Source of the DNA: Amphiscolops sp. MND2022
Lineage: Eukaryota
Reading direction: 5' to 3'
Assembly (NCBI GenBank): GCA_964187785.1
Contig: OZ076409.1
Span: 52,392,001-52,456,000 of the forward strand
DNA length: 64,000 nucleotides
Numbering within the stretch: the first letter of the stretch is position 1; each line of letters starts with the position of its first letter. The notes below the pieces were generated by a model that was not told the DNA's origin, did not search any database, and saw only the letters and a program-made list of their open reading frames with translations. Positions 12,709 to 22,427 of this stretch are shown here, piece by piece. A program made the translations under genes and the position numbers.

Positions 12709-13203
12709 TTTTTAGTCGGCGCTTTTCGAAGAAAAACGCAGACTATAGTAGTGACTTTTTTTAAGACCAACGAACTGACAGATTTTATAAATTTTATAAG
12801 TAAGCACTAACACTGCTGTCTGGCACTAACACTAAACCACACTGGCATAGAGGTTACGGCTTTTTGAGGTCTGCCAAGCGGAAGGACATGGGTTCGAGTC
12901 CCGCCCGTGACCAAATTGTTTTTGTGTAGATTTTTTTCGGCTTTGTGAGACTTTTTTTTGCAATTTTTTTAATGTCTCCGAAGGGTCCACCCTTCATTTT
13001 TTTCCTATTTTGCAAAAGAATGGATGTTGAAAAACAGCCAAAGGGCCCCTTTTACATTTTTCGGTACAATGCGACTTACCAGAAACTTCAAAAAAATTCA
13101 AAAAATTTTGGGTACTGTAGAGGAGAGTACTTGACACTTTGAAGTCCTTTTGCTATTTTTGAGCCTCAGATATGGCGCCGACTTGGGCCGTTCCCGGCTT
13201 GTT
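12709..13203 (+). mobile_element. HINE family A copy carrying a tRNA-like Pol III cassette
   Basis: AGTCGGCGC...GCGCCGACT subterminal inverted repeats plus 3' hairpin GGCCGTTCCCGGCT. Confidence 0.75.
12843..12913 (+). ncRNA. tRNA-derived SINE head / pseudo-tRNA
   Basis: A-box TGGCATAGAGG (12843), B-box GGTTCGAGTCC (12891), ends in CCA. An internal T5 run and no clean cloverleaf argue against a true tRNA. Confidence 0.6.
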
Positions 13204-13239
13204 TTTCCAAATTTTACCAAATCTCCACGATGTCTATCC

Positions 13240-13378
13240 ACTACTTGATTATTTTAGTTACTAGTAACTAAAATAGTCAAGTATTCAAAAAAGTCAAGTA
13301 CTTTCTAGTAGTTTAGTACTAGTAACTTAAATAGTTAAGTAACTAAAGTAGTCAAGTAACTAAAATAGTCAACTAATA
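13240..13378. repeat. AGTAACTAAAATAGTCA minisatellite with local inversions
   Basis: Repeated ~17-bp unit, with reverse-complement copies at the left edge. Confidence 0.7.
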
Positions 13379-14408
13379 AGAAGGCGGAAAATATCCCGGT
13401 GGTTAGCTGGCGTCTTGTTTTTAATTGTATACTGAGTAGCTAACTGTTTAGCTATTGAACTCTGAATATTCAACCCCAGGAAAGCATCCAAAATTTTTCA
13501 CAAAATTGTTTGAAACATTTCCGAGTTTTCTTCTCAGCTTAAAACAGACTGAACATAGTCTAGCCTAGCATATTAAGTTCGGTTTCAGTTCAGGCGAATT
13601 ATGGCCTGCCATAAAAGAAACGATATGATCCCGGCTGATCGTAGCTTGGTATAAATTTATAATTCAAGTCTTCAACTCTGCTCATTAATCTATTTTAAAC
13701 CGGGAGAGATTTTTGGTTCATAAGGTCCAATGTGGCTGAATTGCTTGTTGCATCTGTAGCTTCAAAAATTGTCGGCTCGTTTCCTCTTGAAAGGTCTTGT
13801 GAGATTCCTTGCATAGAAAAGATCGTGTAAGTTTTTGAATCCAGGCGGAAAATAGCCTGGACCGTGTATGATCCCAGCTTAATACTAGTAAGACCATAGA
13901 AGTAACGGAGAAAAAGGAATTTTCTTTTATTTAGATGCATTATTTAGACACAGAAAAGTTCATACTCAGCAAAACGTTCGAAAATTGTACAAAATTTGCA
14001 CTGAATGTCACAATTTGACAAGTTGGCTTTTTGGCGAACTTTTTTTCAAAATAAATCTTTCAATCATTTTCACAGGTCTCTCCTGCATGAAATTTGAGGA
14101 CGGGCCTATCGATGAATAGGAAATTTATCCCCCAGAAGATCCACCTGTGGCAACCTTAAAAACTTTCATTGCCACCAGCAGGAGAAAATTTTAGTCAGTG
14201 GAATTTTGGAACGTTATTTTGATCATAAAAACGAACTTCTCCATCATCTTGCAAATTCATAAATATATACATTTTACCCATGTTGCATTTTGCAAGGGTG
14301 AAAAATTACTTTTAAAAAGTTTCAAAAACTTCATTTCAATTTCAGTAACCAGTTATTCAAGAAATTCGAGAAGAACAATCTGCAAGGAGTCACTTTATCA
14401 CTGAGCAG

Positions 14409-14665
14409 GTGCTCCATGTTTCATCCCACTCGCAACAACGGGGCTTTCTCTACAACATATTCATCGCCCGAATCCGAAAACTTGTGTCCCTCGTTCAAAT
14501 TTTCAGCGGAGAAAATGATGCTGAAAGTTTTCACTGCCGACTATTGCTCAAAAAGTTGGCAAGAAAACGAGTCTATTCTTCGTGCAGCTCGCGAAGAGAT
14601 CGAAGTGATGACTTTCAACACTTGCGCGCAGAACTCAACGCTAATGACGTTACAAAATATTCAGG
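14409..14665 (+). CDS. Exon of LTD-repeat gene completing the last SRC...ENLC module
   Basis: Splicing 10171 to 14409 rebuilds S-R-C (TCC AG|G TGC) followed by ...FSTTYSSPESENLCP, matching AISRCP...SLGSENFC upstream. Confidence 0.75.
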
Positions 14666-15412
14666 GTTCGTTCGCACTTTTTTCATGGAAATACATGTTT
14701 TTCGAATTTAATTTAGATTTTGAAATTTAAGAGTGTCAGTATTGCCATGGTCTTGTTATTAGAGTTGCGGTAGCCTTTCTTGGACCTGTTCTTTTGATTA
14801 GTCGGATGCTTCTCTTTTAAATACGGTAGTAGCAAAAAATATTCCTGATAATTGTTGCATGAACATTCATCTAATACTACAAAACTTGACTTGTATAACT
14901 TGATTTATATTGCAATACAGTGAGCCAGCTGAGCACCGGATTCGTTTTTAGCATCTAAATTATTTCACTATTTACAAAATTTCAAGACTGGAGCGTAGCC
15001 ATCAAGTTTCCCAGTTAATGCTACGCTTAGGTCAGGGCCTCAGGCCCCCCTGAAGGGCCACATGAACAATCATGAAAGTAGTTGCTACATCTATATGCGT
15101 GCATATATATATACGTGTGTGAATGAATTACGTCATGGCAGTTACTATTTTTAGAAACATGTTATTACGTTTGAAAAGACACGTAGTCATACATGTCTAT
15201 TTATAGAATGTTTGTTACTAAAATTAGACTGATGACTCTCAATATTATGCAGGTCATGCAAGGTCAATTATAAATAACCGGGACCCGTGGTCCCGGGGAC
15301 ATAATTTTCCTATGACAAGTCACAGTCAGTTCGTTGTTGAATAACCGAATAAAAGACTGTTTGCAAGCTCAAAGATTCCAATTCAAATTCTTTACTCTTG
15401 CAACAATCTCTT

Positions 15413-17100
15413 ATGCCTTCTACCACACGCCAGAAAGCAAAGGCTAGAAAATCTAGAGAGATGGACATGTTGTCCGATATAGAAACTATGCACGTGATGT
15501 TAGGAAATGGGGGTAGCAATCCCATAGAAAGAGAATTAACTGATGCTATCGAACAATCATCAGTGCAGGGAGACATAGAGTCGAATGAGCACTTGGGAAA
15601 TCAGTATACTAGCTTTGCTTATGAAAATAACCTTCCTAGGCAAGATGATATTAGACAATCCCTTGAGACCTTTTCAAATGAATTCAATCTCAGATTATCA
15701 CAAGAAATGGATTCAATGATGTCCATGATGCATAGCCAAATAAATAGGGCTATCAGTAATGCTATCGCAGAAAGGGTTATTCCCGAAATCCAGAACATTG
15801 TGAGTTCTATGTCCTCTTCAGGAAACAGGGACACTGAGGCCAGTGTATCGCCAAATAGCCAGGAAAACAGGGAATGTTCATCCGGGTTTAAATCAAAATT
15901 TGCAAAGAAGGACTCACAGTCTGCATGTGATTTAAGAGACATAGCAGGTCGTAGTCATTACATGGTGACAAGAGCTAACGAAGCCCAACAGCCAATTCCC
16001 GAATTCCTGTCCGGACGAATCCACTCAATCCCAAACCTGGAGAGACAACAATCTAACCACAATGTCTCTCTGGATACGACTCTGCCAGCTCAGACCCTGA
16101 GGTCCCAGAGTCAACCCAGGACCCGCTCAACAGATTGGCTGACGTATTAGTCAATCTGCAAAACAAACCCCAAACGATGACCATCCGACCAGTCCAAACC
16201 ACACCAATGACATTTGACGGGAAAAGTGAAAAATTTGAACTTTTTGAGGACCTGTTCCACACAATGATCAAAATGCAACCAGCCATGACAGAGCAAATGA
16301 AAGTTAACCATTTTCACTCCTTGCTCAGGAAAGGGGCCCTACAAACTTTCAGGAACATAAACTCAATTAACCGTCAATCACTTGAGGACGTACTGGTCAT
16401 ATTCCGGAGGAAATACGTCAAACCGGAATCCCAAGCAACGGCAAAACATAAATGGCATCGGCTCACTTTTGACCCGCACACCATGAAATTGCCAGATTTC
16501 TTGGAAGAACTGAACCAGGGGGCAGAAAAAGCATTTGGCGAAAATGCAAAGAGCATGATTGACAGCTTATTGTACGCAAAATTGCCTCCAGAACTCAAAC
16601 GATCTGTCAACATGGCCCGCCTGGAGAACGGTACATACGAAGAAATTGTCGCTCATCTTGAAAGAGAGCTTGAACTCAATGCATTGGAAGAGTCTGATGA
16701 CTTACCAATGGCCACCATGGCCTCTGCGTCTACCAGCAACAACAATTTGCTGTCGAACGGCATAAATACCAATAAAGACGCACAATGCTCTTAATGCAAA
16801 GCCACTGGCCACTTTTATAAGAGCTGCCCCAAACTGAAAAAGAAGAAGGAATTGGAGGACAAAAATGGCAAAAAGCCCCAACGCCCTACATACCCAGAAT
16901 GCCCTACTTGCGGAAAGAAAAATCACCACGTTGAAAGATGCTGGAAAGGGGCTGGAGCACATTTACGCCCCAAAAGGACACGTCCTGAAGATAAGGCTGA
17001 TGACACCTCTGGAGTTGAAAAATCATCCAAGAAGTCAACTAGCCCCGAAACCACATCTTCAAGTCATTCATCTTCTCGAAAAACCGATTCAAAAAACTAA
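15413..17100 (+). pseudogene. gag: Gypsy gag with two CCHC knuckles, disrupted by one frameshift and one stop
   Basis: ORFs 15398..16150, 16135..16794 and 16852..17100 join after a 1-nt fix at ~16091. TAA at 16792-16794 sits inside knuckle CS*CKATGHFYKSC. Second knuckle CPTCGKKNHHVERC. Capsid-like FDGKSEKFELFE motif. Confidence 0.85.
17091..17097 (+). promoter_or_regulatory. -1 ribosomal frameshift slippery heptamer A AAA AAC
   Basis: Immediately before the gag stop. The -1 frame is open from here into pol (AAA AAA CTA ATT TCG ... CAG ATG at 17130). Confidence 0.8.
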
Positions 17101-17129
17101 TTTCGCCACGACTCCAAGTTTCCAACCAG

Positions 17130-20100
17130 ATGTCAGTGCGACAATATGTCATATCTGACCCACCAAACATTATTTATAAACAAACTCAAAACGATACCAC
17201 AGGAATGCCATCGACTGTCTGGCAGCAGCAGATGGCCAACGCCCGCATGGAAACTCAACATATTATCCATAGCGACCACCCATACTTATATAGACGTACT
17301 AGCCACGACAATGACTCGGAAACTCCTTTTCGCCCCTTACAAACTGTCGAAGATTATAACCCTCAATACTATGACCCCGAGTATGGCAAAGACCCGTACT
17401 GGGATGAAGAACTATATGACAAAACCAATTTACAATTTCGAAACGAAGATTACCCTCCAACTGACGACGAGGACGACCCAGACATTGAAGACAACACACT
17501 GTCTCGGGCCCTCATTGATCTTTGGCAGCCAAATTTTGATGCAATGATACAAGGAGTAGACGCCACTCAACAACAGGAAGGCCACAAAGCCTCTAACAGC
17601 CTTTTAGATGAAACGGCCTTCCTGCATCTCTTAGTGGCCAAGGAAGGAGAGCCGTCCTACGTTCCCCTTTCAACAAACCTTGGGCTCAAATTTAAAAGAC
17701 GAATGCTCTATTTCCCAATGGATTTTGGAGAGTTAACCCTAGACGGCCTAATCGATACTGGAGCCCACTCCAGTGCAATACCGGAAGCAGACCTTAGAAA
17801 GATACGCCTATTGGCCCCCCAGTCGATAGTAAAAGAAGGACCTGCTCCATCTTTCCAAATAATGGTCGCAAATGGTGATTTAGAAACCCCAAAGAGCACA
17901 GTCGAACTAAAATTTGAGGTGGGAGACATAGAATTTCATGAAATCTTCATTGTAATGGAAAAACTGTCTAGACCCATAATTGGACTGATGTTCCTGCAGA
18001 GGAACCACACCGTCCTGGACATGCGCCAAGGTATACTCAATTTCCCTTACTTCTCGATGCAATTAAAAACGGCCGACCACAAGTATTCCAATGTAATGGA
18101 GCCAGTTCTCAACCCTGAAGACATCACCATTCCCCCGAATGACCTTGCAGTCATCTCCATACAGTCCCAGATCTATGCCGAAAATGCAGTCACGGGGATA
18201 TTACAACCCAGTGACCTCCTCCATGAGGAAGGCGACGTCACATTTTGCGCCGCCATAGTCACATTGCACGAAGGGACTATGAACATACATGTCAATAATT
18301 TCACTGATCAACCCTACAAACTTAAGAAAGGGTTACATATTGCGAACTTTTCAGTAATGACTCCTGAACAAATGAAACATTTCCGACCAATAGACCCGGT
18401 GTCCACCTGGCATCTATTGAACGAAAATGAGGAAGACGCCATTTACTATATTAGCAGCCTTCTTAAGGCCAATAAAAACAACGACCAATATGAACAGTAT
18501 TGGTTCCCGACACCTGAGAACCCAGGGGACGAAACAACACATACGCCCATCCAGCAAAGAATTCTCAGAGAATTGCGAAATCTAAAAGATATAGAAAATC
18601 TTAACCCGCAAGACAATGCTGAATCTAGACGAAAATTTCTTAGCAATTTTTACTGGAAGGATTCAATGCTACAACAGCATGAAATCAAACAAATAGAAGC
18701 TCTTTTAATAGAATTTCATGACATTTTCGCCCGACACAGATTTGATATCGGCGTCAACGAGGAATTTACGGTCAAATTGACCCCGAAGGACGATTCACCA
18801 GCTTATAGCCAGAGCTTACCTACCCCGGTCAATCTCAAAGAGGATATATTGGTGGAACTGGCTTTACTTCATAAATATGGTATTATAACGACACTACCAT
18901 TCTCAAAGTATGCCAGCCCCATATTCGCCCAGAAAAAAACCAATGGCAAATTAAGACTACTGGTTGACTTGAGGAAAATTAATAATCTCATATCTGACGA
19001 TTATATCAATAACAATCACCCAGTCAGCACCTTAACGGATGCCGCGCAGCATATGGCCGGGAAAAAGCTTTTCTGCAAACTTGATTGCTCGCAGGCCTAT
19101 CATTGTCTCCCAATGGCCGACCAGAGGTCTATTGAAATGCTCGCTTTCAATTTTGCTAGCAGGACCTTTGCCTACCGCAGATTAGCGCAAGGCCTCAGCA
19201 GAGCCTTATCGGCTTTCTCCAGTTTTATGCGAGAGTATTTAGACCGGGTGATCAAAGCAGATCAATGCGGACAATATGTGGACGACATTGGCATCGCAGC
19301 CAAGTATGCCGAACATCTCATTACGAACCTCAGGGCTAATTTTGAATGTATCAGACAAGCCGGACTCAAACTGTCCATGCACAAGTGCCACTTTGGCACT
19401 ACCGAAATTGACTTTCTAGGGAGAACCATTACCCCTGAAGGTGTAAAACCCCAAAAAGAAAGAATCACTAACTTCTTGGAAAAGACGAAATTCCCAAAGT
19501 CCAAGAAGGCCTTACAACGCTATCTTGGTTTCCTCAATTACTACAGGAATTATATTCCAAGGCTATCCGAAAAACTAGTTCCCTTCTTCCAATTGCTCAA
19601 AAAGGATGAGAAGGTACTAGTGACGCAAGAGCTGGTTGAACAATTTAATGAGATCAACCGCGATTTAGACCGATGTAGTCAATTGGCGTTGAAACAACTT
19701 CTGCCGATTAAACAACTGGTCCTCATGACTGACGCAAGTTTTACAGCAGCCGGTTACCCCATATTGACCGAAGATGACCCAAATCAAAAACATACTTCCG
19801 TTAAAAAGTCCTATGCGCCGATTGCATACGGATCCAAAACTTTCACGCCTTCTCAGCTCAAAATGTCGATATATGCAAAGGAATTCCTAGCTATATATTA
19901 TGCATTTAAAGAGTTTGGACATATATTCTGGGGAACACCTCAACCTGTGATTATTCTCACAGATAACAAATCGGTTACGAGGTTCTTCCAAACCAAGATA
20001 ATTCCACCGCCACTTTGGAATGCTTGTGATTTTGTAATTCAGTTCAACTTCATCATAGCTCACATTCCAGGCAAGAAAAACACAGCGGCAGACTACCTGT

Positions 20101-22199
20101 CCCGCATGAAAATGGACCCCACTGAAAAGTTGGTCCTGAAAATACGAGAGGACGTAGAAACTAGACCGATCGAGGTCAATGTCCAATCGGCCGGCGTGTC
20201 AGAGGAAGAGCAAATTTTCTTCACTGAGGAGGACAACGAAACAGAAGAACAGATTTGGGAACGGAAAAAACAAACCAAAAAAGGACTCATGGTCCCTGAG
20301 ACAGTCATCCACATCGATGCCATATCGGAAAATACAATAGAAGAAATTACCAATTTCACACAAAAATTACGACGAACTAACCAGATACTGCTTGAACAGT
20401 CTAAAGACCCGATTTTGCTCCAATTGAAAGCAAAACTTCAAAAGGAAGAATACTCTGAAGAAATCTTACAACAAGATATTCGGTATAAGTACTATTTGAA
20501 CAATATAGATCGAATAGTCCTTAAAGACGAAATTATGACAAGACAGTACTATGACGAAATTGGCCAGATCAAATTTCATCAAATTCTGTTACCGAAGCAC
20601 TTAGTTCAAGAACTATTACAAGCAATACATGGTACAGCACATCGCCATCCAGGCATTTCTAAAATGCTACAGGAAATTCGCCAAAAATATTACTACCCAG
20701 GAATTGCAAAACATGTCAAAAAATGGGTAAAAGGATGCGAAACATGTGCCAAGGACAAAAGGGTTCCCAACACGGTAATTACCCCAGAATTACTAAATTT
20801 GCCCGAATGGGACCTAGGGCCAGAAGATGCCATGCAAATTGACTTATTACCAAATTTACCAACCAGCGGCGAATACCAAACAGTGATGACTGCAATAGAC
20901 GTATTTTCAAGATATCTTTTTGCCTACCCACTCACTGAGGCAACAGCCGCAAATGTAGCTAAAGTCATTATCGATATAATGACAAAACACTCGTATTTGC
21001 CAACAACACTCATCACGGACAACTGGTCCGCATTTACCTCAAAGATTTTAGAAGAAATTACTGAGATTTCGGGAATCACACTGAAATGCGCCACTACTAA
21101 ACACCCGCAAACTATTGGCAAACTTGAAAGGACTCACGCCTCTTTAAAAACCAACCTGAAGATGGCCTCAGGGGAATATCGTCGTCAATGGCACAAATAT
21201 TTACCATTAGCAGTGCTCAAATATAACACTACTTATCACGCTAGTTTTGGTTGCGAGCCTAGCAAAGTCTTTCATGGCCGAATCCCCTACAATGTCCTTG
21301 ATCATAAATTAGGAAATAACCCTAATAAAAATTTCCTACCGACAACTGAATTTGCGGAAGAACTACAGCAGAGGACGCATATCCTCATTGATCAGACAAA
21401 AAAGAATATTATGCAGTCGTATTTAAAGTACAAGCAGTACTACGACCGCAAGGCCAAAGCGGCTCCGCTACAAGAGAAAGACTACTGTTTTCTTCTTCAA
21501 CCGAAAGCGGATAGTCAAGGCTCTAAAATACCATTTAGGGACTTCCGATGGATTGGTCCCTTTGTCGTCCAAAAAACCTTACCAAATAACAATTATATAG
21601 TGCGTCGTTTAAATACGAATAAGACGCAGATCTTGCACCGGATCAGGCTCAAAAAACTTGTTCCAAACACCCCATTAGAGGACAAGTATAAAGAAGAGAA
21701 ATTACAGCCTGATGAGGAGATAGTAATACCGCAAGATGATTTGTATACCATTTCATGGGAAGCGGACTTTGAGTACGAGCTATTCGAGCCGAAGACAAAT
21801 GATTGGCCACATACGGCCACGCGTCTGCCACAGGACGCCGCGAACGGAGAAGTCGACTATTACGTCACCGAGAATGAAAGCAGCAGCGTAAACGAAAGTG
21901 AGCGCAGCAGCGAGAGAATGAATGACAATGACGCCAACGAGAATGAAGTACGGCCGAGATCGGCCAGCAACCGTGACGCGTCGTCCCCTCCGAGCGAATC
22001 GCCTAGTGGGACGGAAAATGAAAATGACGTCAGAAATGATTTAGAAAATGAGAAAATTGCTTCAAAAGGAGGCCTAGATATTACCGTGCCCGGAATATCG
22101 GAAAATGAAAGAAATGAGGAAAATCCTATCCCTAGAGGAGGGAAATATAATCTTCGACCTAACCCCAACCCCAACTTTACTGATGAATACAGATACTAA
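17130..22199 (+). CDS. pol: Gypsy pol polyprotein: protease, dUTPase-like segment, RT, RNase H, integrase
   Basis: LIDTGAHSS (PR); LAQG and YVDD (RT); TDAS / KEFLAI / TDNKS / ADYLSR (RNase H); H..H..CETC and D-D-E (IN); C-terminal YNLRP. Confidence 0.96.
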   Translation: MSVRQYVISDPPNIIYKQTQNDTTGMPSTVWQQQMANARMETQHIIHSDHPYLYRRTSHDNDSETPFRPLQTVEDYNPQYYDPEYGKDPYWDEELYDKTNLQFRNEDYPPTDDEDDPDIEDNTLSRALIDLWQPNFDAMIQGVDATQQQEGHKASNSLLDETAFLHLLVAKEGEPSYVPLSTNLGLKFKRRMLYFPMDFGELTLDGLIDTGAHSSAIPEADLRKIRLLAPQSIVKEGPAPSFQIMVANGDLETPKSTVELKFEVGDIEFHEIFIVMEKLSRPIIGLMFLQRNHTVLDMRQGILNFPYFSMQLKTADHKYSNVMEPVLNPEDITIPPNDLAVISIQSQIYAENAVTGILQPSDLLHEEGDVTFCAAIVTLHEGTMNIHVNNFTDQPYKLKKGLHIANFSVMTPEQMKHFRPIDPVSTWHLLNENEEDAIYYISSLLKANKNNDQYEQYWFPTPENPGDETTHTPIQQRILRELRNLKDIENLNPQDNAESRRKFLSNFYWKDSMLQQHEIKQIEALLIEFHDIFARHRFDIGVNEEFTVKLTPKDDSPAYSQSLPTPVNLKEDILVELALLHKYGIITTLPFSKYASPIFAQKKTNGKLRLLVDLRKINNLISDDYINNNHPVSTLTDAAQHMAGKKLFCKLDCSQAYHCLPMADQRSIEMLAFNFASRTFAYRRLAQGLSRALSAFSSFMREYLDRVIKADQCGQYVDDIGIAAKYAEHLITNLRANFECIRQAGLKLSMHKCHFGTTEIDFLGRTITPEGVKPQKERITNFLEKTKFPKSKKALQRYLGFLNYYRNYIPRLSEKLVPFFQLLKKDEKVLVTQELVEQFNEINRDLDRCSQLALKQLLPIKQLVLMTDASFTAAGYPILTEDDPNQKHTSVKKSYAPIAYGSKTFTPSQLKMSIYAKEFLAIYYAFKEFGHIFWGTPQPVIILTDNKSVTRFFQTKIIPPPLWNACDFVIQFNFIIAHIPGKKNTAADYLSRMKMDPTEKLVLKIREDVETRPIEVNVQSAGVSEEEQIFFTEEDNETEEQIWERKKQTKKGLMVPETVIHIDAISENTIEEITNFTQKLRRTNQILLEQSKDPILLQLKAKLQKEEYSEEILQQDIRYKYYLNNIDRIVLKDEIMTRQYYDEIGQIKFHQILLPKHLVQELLQAIHGTAHRHPGISKMLQEIRQKYYYPGIAKHVKKWVKGCETCAKDKRVPNTVITPELLNLPEWDLGPEDAMQIDLLPNLPTSGEYQTVMTAIDVFSRYLFAYPLTEATAANVAKVIIDIMTKHSYLPTTLITDNWSAFTSKILEEITEISGITLKCATTKHPQTIGKLERTHASLKTNLKMASGEYRRQWHKYLPLAVLKYNTTYHASFGCEPSKVFHGRIPYNVLDHKLGNNPNKNFLPTTEFAEELQQRTHILIDQTKKNIMQSYLKYKQYYDRKAKAAPLQEKDYCFLLQPKADSQGSKIPFRDFRWIGPFVVQKTLPNNNYIVRRLNTNKTQILHRIRLKKLVPNTPLEDKYKEEKLQPDEEIVIPQDDLYTISWEADFEYELFEPKTNDWPHTATRLPQDAANGEVDYYVTENESSSVNESERSSERMNDNDANENEVRPRSASNRDASSPPSESPSGTENENDVRNDLENEKIASKGGLDITVPGISENERNEENPIPRGGKYNLRPNPNPNFTDEYRY

Positions 22200-22427
22200 A
22201 AGACATGTAAATTAACGTCCCAAAGGTCCGTGGACCAAATGATGAATTTCAAACTGGGACTTTTCAGTATCTTTAGAAACATACACGTCGACAAAACGAC
22301 TTGATGGCGCACTATGCAAAGGCCAAAGACACTAATTAGAACAATTACTCAACACTAAAGATAAATAAATACAAAAAACAGAATTACAGAAGGCCAACAG
22401 TTTGAAACAGATGTACACTATGTACAT

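Noticed and set aside
10172..14408. A second TSD-derived intron (AG|GT at both ends)
   Set aside because: No matching terminal inverted repeats were found.
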